In this document: one piece after another, positions 1 to 7,346 of the stretch
How positions within the stretch are numbered: position 1 is the first letter of the stretch
Layout of the letters: the number at the start of each line of letters is the position of its first letter
Source of the DNA: a virus
Taxonomy: Duplodnaviria; Heunggongvirae; Uroviricota; Caudoviricetes
IMG/VR virus record: IMGVR_UViG_2675903433_000036
Coordinates: 1-17,384 of that record
Length of the DNA stretch: 17,384 nucleotides
Strand: one strand, 5' to 3'
Notes under the pieces: generated by a model
Seen by the model: the letters and a program-made list of their open reading frames with translations, nothing else
Database searches by the model: none
What the model was told of the DNA's origin: nothing
Made by a program: the position numbers and the translations under genes

Positions 1-263
1 CCCCGCCAGAACCACAACAAAGTAATACTCCGGGTCTCTGGTGGCGCTGATTACTGTGCCTTCTCCATCCGACGGCTTCACCACAACAGGTGTGCTCACA
101 TCACCTTCTGCGACAATCGCCTGAATAAGTGCTGCGCCATCATCCGTATACGAAGAAAACGGCCCGCCGTATGGTTGCCATCCTTCACGAATTTTTTGAG
201 CAAGTGCATCAGCAAGGTCTGACGGCGACACCGCCCTGACCACATCGTAGTGTTTAAATGCCA
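1..263 (-). CDS. hypothetical phage late-region protein, N-terminal 87 codons only; the gene runs off the window start
   Basis: Open frame from ATG at 263..261 to position 1 with no stop, translating MAFKHYDVVRAVSPSDLADALAQKIREGWQPYGGPFSSYTDDGAALIQAIVAEGDVSTPVVVKPSDGEGTVISATRDPEYYFVVVLAG. Strong SD (GGGAGGA) about 6 nt upstream on the minus strand. Not in the ORF track, presumably because it lacks an in-window stop. Confidence 0.45.
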
Positions 264-457
264 TGAATCCTCCCGGCCGGGATAATATTGTGAGTAAAAT
301 GAGGAGCGGGCTGAAATCCGGAAGTTACAGGACAATGGCAGAAGAGAGACAACAGCCCGCAATACGAAAAAGGCCGCGCTATTGCGCAGAGTGATTACTG
401 TCGGATATTATTCGCCAGCTGAAATATTACTTCACGTTTTGTTGTTTATTCCTTGCC

Positions 458-487
458 GCCCGCGTCTCCCTGCGCGGGCTTTTTTTG
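458..487 (+). terminator. Rho-independent terminator-like hairpin with T7 tract (plus-strand sense)
   Basis: Stem GCCCGCG (458-464) pairs with CGCGGGC (473-479) around an 8-nt loop, followed by TTTTTTT (480-486). No convincing plus-strand gene lies upstream within the window. Confidence 0.3.
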
Positions 488-497
488 TCCATAAGAA

Positions 498-518
498 AGC
501 CCCTCCGGAGAGGGGCTG
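498..518 (-). terminator. hairpin with weak U-tract on the minus strand, convergent with the 458-487 hairpin
   Basis: GCCCCTC / GAGGGGC stem around a CGGA loop; on the minus strand it is followed by TTTCTTAT. Could end read-through from the tRNA-like element. Confidence 0.25.
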
Positions 519-753
519 GAGAGTGGCGCTATGTGCCATTGCATGGTGCCGGGTGCCTCCCGGTGAATTCAGTACCAGCACCTGAATCCGCGATTATCCC
601 ATATACCTACTCGCTGATTGCCCCTCCGCACAGGGGGATTCACCATGCCAGTTTCTTTTAACAAACTCCCCGCAAACCAGACAACAGTCAACCGCCTGAA
701 TTGTGAGACATTTAAAAAAAAGGCCCGCAAAAGCGAGCCAGGGAAAATAAGTG

Positions 754-829
754 TGGCGCGTTGTACTGGATTCGAACCAGCGACCTGGCGATTATGCGTC
801 GCTCGCTCTCACCACTGAGCTAAAGGGCC
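754..829 (-). tRNA. tRNA-Ile2-like (CAU anticodon, ileX/ileZ-like) element, probably a degenerate pseudo-tRNA
   Basis: Minus-strand 76-nt sequence GGCCCTT-TA-GCTC-AGTGGTGA-GAGC-G-AGCGA-CGCATAA-TCGCC-AGGTC-GCTGG-TTCGAAT-CCAGT-ACAACGC-G-CCA has canonical D and T arms (GTTCGAATCC) and a CAT anticodon. The 3' acceptor strand ACAACGC does not pair with the 5' GGCCCTT, and position 33 is G rather than the near-universal U. Confidence 0.45.
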
Positions 830-863
830 GGGAGCAGAATAATAACGGTCCGTAATTAATTCC

Positions 864-892
864 GCAATAAAAAACCCGCTCAATGGCGGGTT
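864..892 (-). terminator. Rho-independent terminator downstream of the Q-like gene (tR'-like by position)
   Basis: Minus-strand sequence ACCCGCCATTGAGCGGGT hairpin followed by TTTTTTATT, about 85 nt after the stop at 976. Confidence 0.5.
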
Positions 893-975
893 CTGGTAAA
901 GTTCATGCGCTTGGTTCGCCTCGCGATACAGCTTTGCGAAGCGTACCGGAATTGAAGCAGTTTATGCGTAAAAAA

Positions 976-1518
976 TCAAGCTATTTTTTGAGCAAATGAT
1001 TCTCGCATGGGAATATATAGGACATACTCAGCAACTGCCAACCAATTAGCAATTCGCTTTTCGCATGTGCTAAAACACCACTCTGGGTACTGTTCGTTTA
1101 ATAACTCGGCCATCCTTCTCTTACTCATCCCTCGCCCCACATAACGCTGACTCAGGACATTTAGTAGTCCTGGATGATCCGCCAGAACTTCACCTATAAC
1201 ACTATCAATTTTTAGTGCCTCTGCATCAGTGCAGTGAGTTAACCAGCTTTTTTGCTTTCCTTCGATCATCTCACGCAAAAATGCTTCCAACTCTGGTTTA
1301 TCAATTCCCGCTTTTTTCAATCTGCGCAGGGCTTCATTGATGGCTGTTTTTGTCAATTTTTTGGATGTCAGCAACTGATTAAACATATTCCCTGACCTGC
1401 CGCCACCAATGTACGACCAGCGCCCCCACATACGCAGTTTCCCCTGTATCCAGATGCTTTCCAACGTATTGAGTCGAAGATGTTCTCCGCTTTTTCCGGT
1501 ATTTGTTGGGTAAATCAT
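976..1518 (-). CDS. putative late-gene antiterminator (Q-like); assignment by position only
   Basis: 180 aa from the internal ATG at 1518..1516 (MIYPTNTGKSGEHLRL...), which overlaps the upstream stop as ATGA. The ORF-track version (220 aa) would overlap the upstream gene by 120 nt. It is the last gene before a terminator and the tRNA-like element, the position Q occupies in lambdoid and Stx-type phages. No motif recognised with certainty. Confidence 0.4.
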   Translation of the reverse strand: MIYPTNTGKSGEHLRLNTLESIWIQGKLRMWGRWSYIGGGRSGNMFNQLLTSKKLTKTAINEALRRLKKAGIDKPELEAFLREMIEGKQKSWLTHCTDAEALKIDSVIGEVLADHPGLLNVLSQRYVGRGMSKRRMAELLNEQYPEWCFSTCEKRIANWLAVAEYVLYIPMRESFAQKIA

Positions 1519-1805
1519 AGAATGCCTTTCTCCCTCCAGATTTCCTGTGTGCGGAAAACGCCCTCCGCGTGCATCAGGCGCAATTCTTCTTTGGTGTAAT
1601 CGCTGGTTTTTACCCGCCCGTCGATTAAATCGTGGCACGAGCTACAGGCAATTGCCGCCTGCATATCGTGTGGTTTTGTCGCTGTTCCACACGTCCCCGC
1701 CAGCCTGTAATGCGCCAGCACGGACGTTTCGGGATTGTGATTGCAGTAGCCAGGAATTCTGACTGTACACATCTGACCTTTTGCCGCTTTACGTAAATCC
1801 ACCAT
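1515..1805 (-). CDS. Cys-rich small nin-region protein (DUF1364/YbcO-like, putative metal-binding)
   Basis: 96 aa (MVDLRKAAKGQMCTVRIPGYCNHNPETS...CSSCHDL...) with five spaced Cys residues. Start overlaps the upstream stop (TAATG); stop overlaps the next ATG. Confidence 0.6.
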   Translation of the reverse strand: MVDLRKAAKGQMCTVRIPGYCNHNPETSVLAHYRLAGTCGTATKPHDMQAAIACSSCHDLIDGRVKTSDYTKEELRLMHAEGVFRTQEIWREKGIL

Positions 1806-2404
1806 TACGCAAACTCCAGTAGCTGCGCGGCCACATTTTCGACTTCCTCCGGAGAGGAAAATTTACGGAACAGGATCCAGTTCCACAGCACATTCAGTAC
1901 AGATTTATAAACCTGCTGAAACACGGTTTCGTCCATGTTCGCAAATGCGATAGATTTTGCCCTGCGCCCACGACTACCGTCCGGATAAAAATGCTCGGTG
2001 TAAAATCCGGCCTGAATGGTTACCCACTCGCGGAAAGCCTCAAACGACTTTAGCAATGCCGTATCCCGGGTTCTGCGTGTCGCAACGGTATTCAGATATT
2101 GCTCTGCGGCATCACTCAGGGCTGGAGTATGTTCCCGACCTACTGACTCGCACAGGTAATCAACGAATTCTGAAACCAGTTTTCGTTCTCGAGGCGTGAT
2201 CGCCCCACCGACCGGAGTCCAGTAATCGAATCCCAGTTGCAGGAGTTTGAAAAAACGCTTGTGGAATGCGTAGTTACGAACGCGCTTAAAATCAGCGTGT
2301 ATCCACTCGCCTATTTTGATTTGATGCAGAAAATCACAACTCTCCGGTGTCGCCGGGAGAAGTAAACCAGAAGAAGTTTGTTTGACCAGTTGTATATGCG
2401 CCAT
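1805..2404 (-). CDS. nin-region protein of unknown function (DUF1367/YbcN-like, tentative)
   Basis: 199 aa from ATG at 2404..2402 (MAHIQLVKQTSSG...) with SD GGAG 8 nt upstream. The ORF-track start at 2416 is a TTG without SD. Confidence 0.55.
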   Translation of the reverse strand: MAHIQLVKQTSSGLLLPATPESCDFLHQIKIGEWIHADFKRVRNYAFHKRFFKLLQLGFDYWTPVGGAITPRERKLVSEFVDYLCESVGREHTPALSDAAEQYLNTVATRRTRDTALLKSFEAFREWVTIQAGFYTEHFYPDGSRGRRAKSIAFANMDETVFQQVYKSVLNVLWNWILFRKFSSPEEVENVAAQLLEFA

Positions 2405-2460
2405 TGCTATCTCCAATGGCGCTGTAGGTTGCCAGTTGTTCAGGCTGGCTTACGAATTAT

Positions 2461-2637
2461 AACTCATTCCCGAACCACCTTGAAACCGAGCCTTTCCAGG
2501 TATTCAATGAATGCCTCGATAGATAAAATCACATGATCATCAGGAATTAACGTTGTGTAGATAACGTCTCCATTCTCAACGCGCACAGCATAGAGGCCAT
2601 TTTCACTAAAAATTTCACGCAATTCTTCGATTTTCAT
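2461..2637 (-). CDS. small hypothetical protein (58 aa)
   Basis: ATG at 2637..2635 with SD GGAAGGA upstream; MKIEELREIFSENGLYAVRVENGDVIYTTLIPDDHVILSIEAFIEYLERLGFKVVRE, stop TGA. Not in the ORF track. Confidence 0.4.
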
Positions 2638-2794
2638 CAACAGAATCCTTCCAGATAAATAGCACTCCCCTGTTCGGGGTCCATCCCTCTTCTCCCTGCG
2701 CGCTAATTAAGTGAATCGATTCTAGTCAGGCATACCAGCTAATCAACAAACCCTGGTCGGTTAAATAGAAGGATTGGCTAAAATTTACCCCCAT

Positions 2795-2822
2795 TAAAAT
2801 AAAAAACCCGCCGAAGCGGGTT
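2795..2822 (-). terminator. Rho-independent terminator of the hok transcript
   Basis: CCCGC-CGAA-GCGGG hairpin (2807-2820); on the minus strand it is followed by TTTTTTATTTTA. Lies about 70 nt downstream of the hok stop. Confidence 0.55.
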
Positions 2823-2890
2823 AAGTGCGGGTGCGTTGAGGATGCCTGACACATCAGAGGTGGCGAGGGATTTCTCCCCCGCCTGGTCTC

Positions 2891-3046
2891 TTACTCCTCA
2901 GGTTCGTAAGCTGTGAAGACAGCGACCTCCGTCTGGCCGGTTCGGATTCGTACCTCGCAGAGGTCTTTCCTCGTTACCAGTGCCGTCACTATGACGGTTA
3001 AACAGATGACGATCAGGGCGACTAACATCGCCTTTTGCTGCTTCAT
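2891..3046 (-). CDS. hokD: Hok/Gef-family membrane toxin (type I toxin), HokD/RelF-like
   Basis: 51 aa, MKQQKAMLVALIVICLTVIVTALVTRKDLCEVRIRTGQTEVAVFTAYEPEE: single TM helix plus the conserved C-terminal hok motif, nearly identical to my recollection of RelF/HokD. SD AAGGAG 9 nt upstream of ATG at 3046. The 70-aa ORF-track version is an in-frame upstream extension. Confidence 0.85.
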   Translation of the reverse strand: MKQQKAMLVALIVICLTVIVTALVTRKDLCEVRIRTGQTEVAVFTAYEPEE

Positions 3047-3225
3047 AGCCTGCTTCTCCTTGCCTTTCGGCACGTAAGAGGCTAACCTACGTTTGTGAAG
3101 CATAGATTGGGCCTCAGATTAATGTTAAGCGTCTTGCAGGACGCGTAATGTTAACTGGGGCTTTTCTCTATCTGCCTTTTGGTGTTCATGCCTGAGGCAG
3201 ATAGCCTCAAGCACCCATTATGATT

Positions 3226-4347
3226 TTAACCAAAGTCTTTGTATCTATAAAGAGGCACAATATTACTCGATATATCATCATGTGTGCGCCTTATTCCAAA
3301 CATTTTGGAAACAAAGCGTTCCCTCACTCCCGACATATCCAGTATCTGCTTCCAAGAAGATATATCCAGCAATTCAACTGCACAGGAAAGTAAGCGAGGT
3401 TTTTCCTCAGGGATTAACTCATCCCCCATCTCTCCTTTAATCGTCCCTCTTTTATTTAGATGGATAAATCCCGTTCTCATTTGTTGTGGCGTAATCAGCC
3501 CCAAAACCGTAGCACGATAAATACACATGCGAAGACTGATTTTCCATCGTTCTTTGAAATTAATTAGTGCATTCCAGTCAAGATGCGATCCTCGCATTTT
3601 AGGAAATTCATTAACGAACGAAACTCTAGGTACAAGGAATGCGCTCGAAAAATAATCCGCATGATGTTCTGTAATTTTATCCCCTGTTATAATCCCTTCA
3701 TGCAAAACAAGATGCCCCAGTTCATGACCGAGATCTGAGCGAAATCGACACACACTCTTTTTCGCGGAATTTCTAATTATCAATGGGCGTTTACTATTAA
3801 TAGTAAACGCATCAATACGATCATCCACGCCAGATACATGAGCAACAACAACCCCAATACTTTCCACGAAATTAACCATTGAAGATATCGGTCCCAGCCC
3901 CAAACCCCAATACCTTCTACAGGCCTCGGCAATTCTTTCAATATCTTCATCGGAGTTCAAAGGTAATCCGGACGTATCAGGAAAGTTCAATTCTGGAAGA
4001 ACTATTTCTGTTTCCAAACACTTTACAAACTGCTCCAAAATTTCAGCTCGAGCCAGAATACTATTAGTTAAGGACTGCGTCCTTGATCTCTTGCTTCTGA
4101 AATGGCAGTTCTCGCTGTCTAATGGTGATTTCCTTCCAGTGAAGAAAAACGACTCTTTAACATCCAGATAATCTGCAAGAGCTGTCAACATCTGAGATGA
4201 AGGGGGATAACCACGCTCTAACTTGTTTATAAATTGCCGAGTCACCCCCAAAGCAGTAGCAAGCTCTTCGCCCGTAACCCCTTTAGCCTGACGAGCTAAT
4301 TTTAAGCAGTCACCACGATAATTACCTATAGAATCAAATAGTTCCAT
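3226..4347 (-). CDS. HTH_XRE DNA-binding domain fused to ImmA/IrrE-type (COG2856, HExxH) zinc metallopeptidase, with a C-terminal domain of unknown function
   Basis: N-terminal XRE helix-turn-helix (LKLARQAKGVTGEELATALGVTRQFINKLERG), a central HELGH zinc-binding motif (SDLGHELGHLVLHEG) and about 150 further residues. Start is uncertain (ATG 4347 or 4374, GTG 4383), none with a strong SD; the frame overlaps the upstream gene by 14-50 nt. GC about 37-40 percent against about 48-52 percent in the flanks. Confidence 0.75.
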   Translation of the reverse strand: MELFDSIGNYRGDCLKLARQAKGVTGEELATALGVTRQFINKLERGYPPSSQMLTALADYLDVKESFFFTGRKSPLDSENCHFRSKRSRTQSLTNSILARAEILEQFVKCLETEIVLPELNFPDTSGLPLNSDEDIERIAEACRRYWGLGLGPISSMVNFVESIGVVVAHVSGVDDRIDAFTINSKRPLIIRNSAKKSVCRFRSDLGHELGHLVLHEGIITGDKITEHHADYFSSAFLVPRVSFVNEFPKMRGSHLDWNALINFKERWKISLRMCIYRATVLGLITPQQMRTGFIHLNKRGTIKGEMGDELIPEEKPRLLSCAVELLDISSWKQILDMSGVRERFVSKMFGIRRTHDDISSNIVPLYRYKDFG

Positions 4348-4984
4348 ATTTATCACTATCTGCTTTTTTCGCATTCTTAACACGCCGCTGCAAATTCAGC
4401 GGTGGTGTTTCCACGGCCTCTGGCAATACGTCAGTATTAGCTGCTTGTACTGGAGCATGGACTTTAGACACCAATTCGTATCTACTCACTACATTATTTG
4501 ATGAATCAAAACCTATCAGGGCTAAAAGCCACGTTGGAGGTTCAATATCTTCATCTTTTTTATTTGCAGATGGTAATTTTTCAGCCAGAACACGCCATGT
4601 AACATCATGTTCAAAATTAACATCATCTTCAAAAAGAGATAACTGACGACACTCAACATCATTTTTACATAAGCGATGTTTCTTTTTTGGTGAATCCAGT
4701 TTATCGGTCACAAACTGTAACGGCACCCTGTTCAGGGTAAACACAAAATTCAGAGGTGTTGAAAGAATCGCCACTCCTTTGAGTTTTTTATGATTTTTTA
4801 CAAGAAAGTTTTTTATCCATCCATAGGCCCTACATCCATTAATCCAGTTATCATCATACTCATGGCGATGGAACCATAATTCGCCAAGTACGTTAGCAAA
4901 TTGCTGAAGAAGATTGATAACAGATTTTTCATCCAAACAAGGATTGATTTCAAAACACGGTTGGAGATTCTGTTCAGACGGCAT
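4334..4984 (-). CDS. hypothetical protein (216 aa), first gene of the AT-rich two-gene cassette
   Basis: ATG at 4984..4982 with SD AGGGA about 7 nt upstream (MPSEQNLQPCFEINPCLDEK...); the ORF-track start at 5026 is a TTG. No motif recognised. AT-rich like its partner. Confidence 0.65.
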   Translation of the reverse strand: MPSEQNLQPCFEINPCLDEKSVINLLQQFANVLGELWFHRHEYDDNWINGCRAYGWIKNFLVKNHKKLKGVAILSTPLNFVFTLNRVPLQFVTDKLDSPKKKHRLCKNDVECRQLSLFEDDVNFEHDVTWRVLAEKLPSANKKDEDIEPPTWLLALIGFDSSNNVVSRYELVSKVHAPVQAANTDVLPEAVETPPLNLQRRVKNAKKADSDKYGTI

Positions 4985-5138
4985 AAGGTATCCCTCTCTC
5001 TTAAAACTCCGCTCATCTTTACGCAAAATTTTATTTTTGTAAACCTAATCTTTAGGGGATTTCACGAATTCGTCAACCAGTCGAACAAACTTTAACCACA
5101 ATACATATTTATCTACATTGATATGTGTATCGCTAACA

Positions 5139-5369
5139 CTATTGTGGGCATTCAGCTAGTATTACCAAGCCTTCAGGTGCGCGAAGTTGTTCCGCACAGT
5201 GCAGCAGCGCATCAGTCGCTTCCTTAAGCGTCACAGTGTCGCCATCACCCAGTCCTGCAATTTTTGCGTGCCTGACAAACGCCGCGCAAAGGTCGTTAAA
5301 CGCCCCTGCCCGCACATCCGCCAGGAAAGCGTTGGCAGCAGCCAAATCCTGGTAGTCAATCCCGCTCAC
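5139..5369 (-). CDS. hypothetical small phage protein (76 aa)
   Basis: GTG start at 5369 with a strong SD (AGGAGGTG) and a GTGA overlap with the upstream stop; MSGIDYQDLAAANAFLADVRAG... Confidence 0.5.
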   Translation of the reverse strand: MSGIDYQDLAAANAFLADVRAGAFNDLCAAFVRHAKIAGLGDGDTVTLKEATDALLHCAEQLRAPEGLVILAECPQ

Positions 5370-5788
5370 TGTGCCACCTCCTGAAAATTACCCTGATAAA
5401 ACGCCAGTGCGCGCTGCATAACTTCGCTCTTCCGGCACTCGCTACAGATTATGTTCTGACGCCTGTCGTAGCGGCGTATTTCTCCGTCTGGTAATGACCA
5501 GATAAGGTCCGGATCATCCACAGATGTTTTCTTCAGATTTGCCCTTGAGAGTTTTTTGCGGGCGTTTTGCCAGTCCTTACGCGCCTGTTCAGACGGGAAT
5601 AACCCGTAACCAGAGTTGTATACATCGCCACTGGCAACCAGCTCTCTGGCGAGAACACTCATCAGATATCTTGTCGCACCTGTTTTCTCTTCCAGTTGCC
5701 GTAACGTCTCGCGGCCGCTCAGACGTACAAGTTCAACAACCTGCCCTTTAATTTTTTCCCGCTCTTCTGGTGTAAATACTTTTGCCAT
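5366..5788 (-). CDS. hypothetical phage protein (140 aa)
   Basis: ATG at 5788..5786 with SD GGAGG 7 nt upstream (MAKVFTPEEREKIKGQ...). The ORF-track start at 5803 is a TTG abutting the upstream stop. Confidence 0.55.
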   Translation of the reverse strand: MAKVFTPEEREKIKGQVVELVRLSGRETLRQLEEKTGATRYLMSVLARELVASGDVYNSGYGLFPSEQARKDWQNARKKLSRANLKKTSVDDPDLIWSLPDGEIRRYDRRQNIICSECRKSEVMQRALAFYQGNFQEVAQ

Positions 5789-5803
5789 GGGCGCCTCCGG
5801 CAA

Positions 5804-6574
5804 TCACTTTTCCGATGCAACACGGCGGGAAAAATCAGTAATCTGTCGAACAATATCCCGATGCTTGTTCAGCTCCCGCAGCGCGGCGCAGACACGCTCC
5901 CACTTCTGGACATGATTTTTCGCCCGACGCAGTTCACGGTTTGCCATATGCAGCGATGACAAAATCAAATCATCAGATCGCGTTGCAGTAAACGATGGCA
6001 GCGACTGCACAATGTCCGCCACAGTTTCTGTTTTAATATCTTCCTGTGTTGCAGCCTCCTGTACTGGTAACGCAACACATGCAGGCTGAGGAAAGGCTTT
6101 ACCATCAGTTTCCGCTACCGATGCTGCTTTCGGCTCTGCTGGTAAATTATCGCCCGGTATGCAGTAACGAAATTTACCGTTCTGATTAACGCGTGCCAGC
6201 CGCCCCGTTGCGGTTACCACCGCCAGCGTGGAAGCAACCTTGCGAGTACTGACGCCGAACTTACCCGCCAGTTCCTCACACGTTTTAGCACCATCCTGAC
6301 CGATAAACTCAACCATCATGTCTGCGGTAACTTTTGGAGCGACCTCTTCGGTTACCACATCCGGCGCTTCAGGTTGTAGTGCCTGCCCTTCGGTTACCCC
6401 GGCTTCACCTTCGACAGCCAGAAACCAGGTGTGACCCGTTTTATCAACAACGCCATTTTTTTTGAGTTCCCACAGTTCGTTAAGAACTTCTTCACGGCTG
6501 ATATCAAGCCGCGCCGCCAGTTCAACAGAATTGGCTTTTCCCATCGCTTTCAGTGCATGCAATACAGTTTCCAT
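5804..6574 (-). CDS. hypothetical phage protein with two winged-helix-like segments (DUF1627-like, tentative)
   Basis: 256 aa with SD GAGGT upstream. Two similar segments ([28 protein letters not shown] and [27 protein letters not shown]) and a basic, possibly coiled C-terminus. Confidence 0.55.
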   Translation of the reverse strand: METVLHALKAMGKANSVELAARLDISREEVLNELWELKKNGVVDKTGHTWFLAVEGEAGVTEGQALQPEAPDVVTEEVAPKVTADMMVEFIGQDGAKTCEELAGKFGVSTRKVASTLAVVTATGRLARVNQNGKFRYCIPGDNLPAEPKAASVAETDGKAFPQPACVALPVQEAATQEDIKTETVADIVQSLPSFTATRSDDLILSSLHMANRELRRAKNHVQKWERVCAALRELNKHRDIVRQITDFSRRVASEK

Positions 6575-6599
6575 CGAAAATTTACCTCGTCAAAAATTC

Positions 6600-7340
6600 T
6601 CACATACCCTGACGTCCAACGTTTGACCGCCAGCTCTCCCAGTTAAAATTCACCCAACGCCCGCCGTTCATGGTCATGCGATCCATAATCCTCTCGCCGA
6701 GCAATGTTTTCATGGCCTCATAGCTCAGGTTTGTCAGCATCCCCACGCTGCGCATCGACGCTGTCCGGCGATCAACAATCTGGTGCAGCACCACCTGCTC
6801 GTTTTTTGTCTCGCGCTGAATGCCAATTTCATCAAGAACCAGCAGATCCACTTGGCACAGTTCCCGCAAAAATTTTTCGCCTGATTGCCCGTCGTCATAG
6901 CTGGCGTGTAGAGCACTCATGACATCAGCCACGGTAACCACAATCACTGTCTGGCCATCTTTTAGCAGGCGATTCCCGATAGCCGCCGCCAGATGGTTTT
7001 TTCCGGTACCAGGTTTTCCGCTGAACGCAAAATTTGTATACCCGGTCATCAGTTCATCGGCGATGGATTTCGCCTGGCTTAACGCGTATCGCTGGCCGTC
7101 GTTCTGCACCTGGTAATTCGCAAACGAGCATTTACGGTGCAACGGCTGGATGCCAGAGCGATTCAGAATTTTTTCCACCCGCAACTGACGATTCAGGCGG
7201 TTGATCTCCTCGCAACGTTTCTGTCCTTCAGCAAGTTGCCACTCACGCCACTCCGCAACCGTTCTGAATGGGGCGGTTACATGTGGTGGGGTCAGTCTGC
7301 GGATACGCTCCAGAACGCCGCCTGTCGCAATATTTTTCAT
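6600..7340 (-). CDS. ydaV: DnaC/IstB-like AAA+ ATPase, replicative helicase loader (P-like role)
   Basis: Walker A GKPGTGKNHLAAAIG and Walker B LLVLDEIG; 246 aa, directly downstream of the O-like gene. Symbol from recalled Rac synteny and length. Confidence 0.8.
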   Translation of the reverse strand: MKNIATGGVLERIRRLTPPHVTAPFRTVAEWREWQLAEGQKRCEEINRLNRQLRVEKILNRSGIQPLHRKCSFANYQVQNDGQRYALSQAKSIADELMTGYTNFAFSGKPGTGKNHLAAAIGNRLLKDGQTVIVVTVADVMSALHASYDDGQSGEKFLRELCQVDLLVLDEIGIQRETKNEQVVLHQIVDRRTASMRSVGMLTNLSYEAMKTLLGERIMDRMTMNGGRWVNFNWESWRSNVGRQGM

Positions 7341-7346
7341 GGTCTG

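Noticed and set aside
96-362. Minus-strand 88-aa ORF in a different frame
   Set aside because: The alternative frame starting at ATG 263 has a strong SD (GGGAGGA) and more protein-like sequence; the 96..362 frame would start inside the promoter/SD region.
531-600. Possible second tRNA remnant (minus strand, ...GAATTCACCGGGAGGCACCCGGCACCA)
   Set aside because: Only a vague resemblance to a tRNA 3' end; no D arm or anticodon arm could be built.
382-818. Plus-strand ORFs 382..585 and 618..818
   Set aside because: The first reads through two terminator-like hairpins; the second overlaps the tRNA-like element. Neither has an SD or protein-like composition.
3047-3103. In-frame upstream start of the hok ORF (70-aa version)
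   Set aside because: The conserved Hok peptide begins at MKQQKAML with a strong AAGGAG SD; the extension is more likely leader or a mok-like element than part of the toxin.
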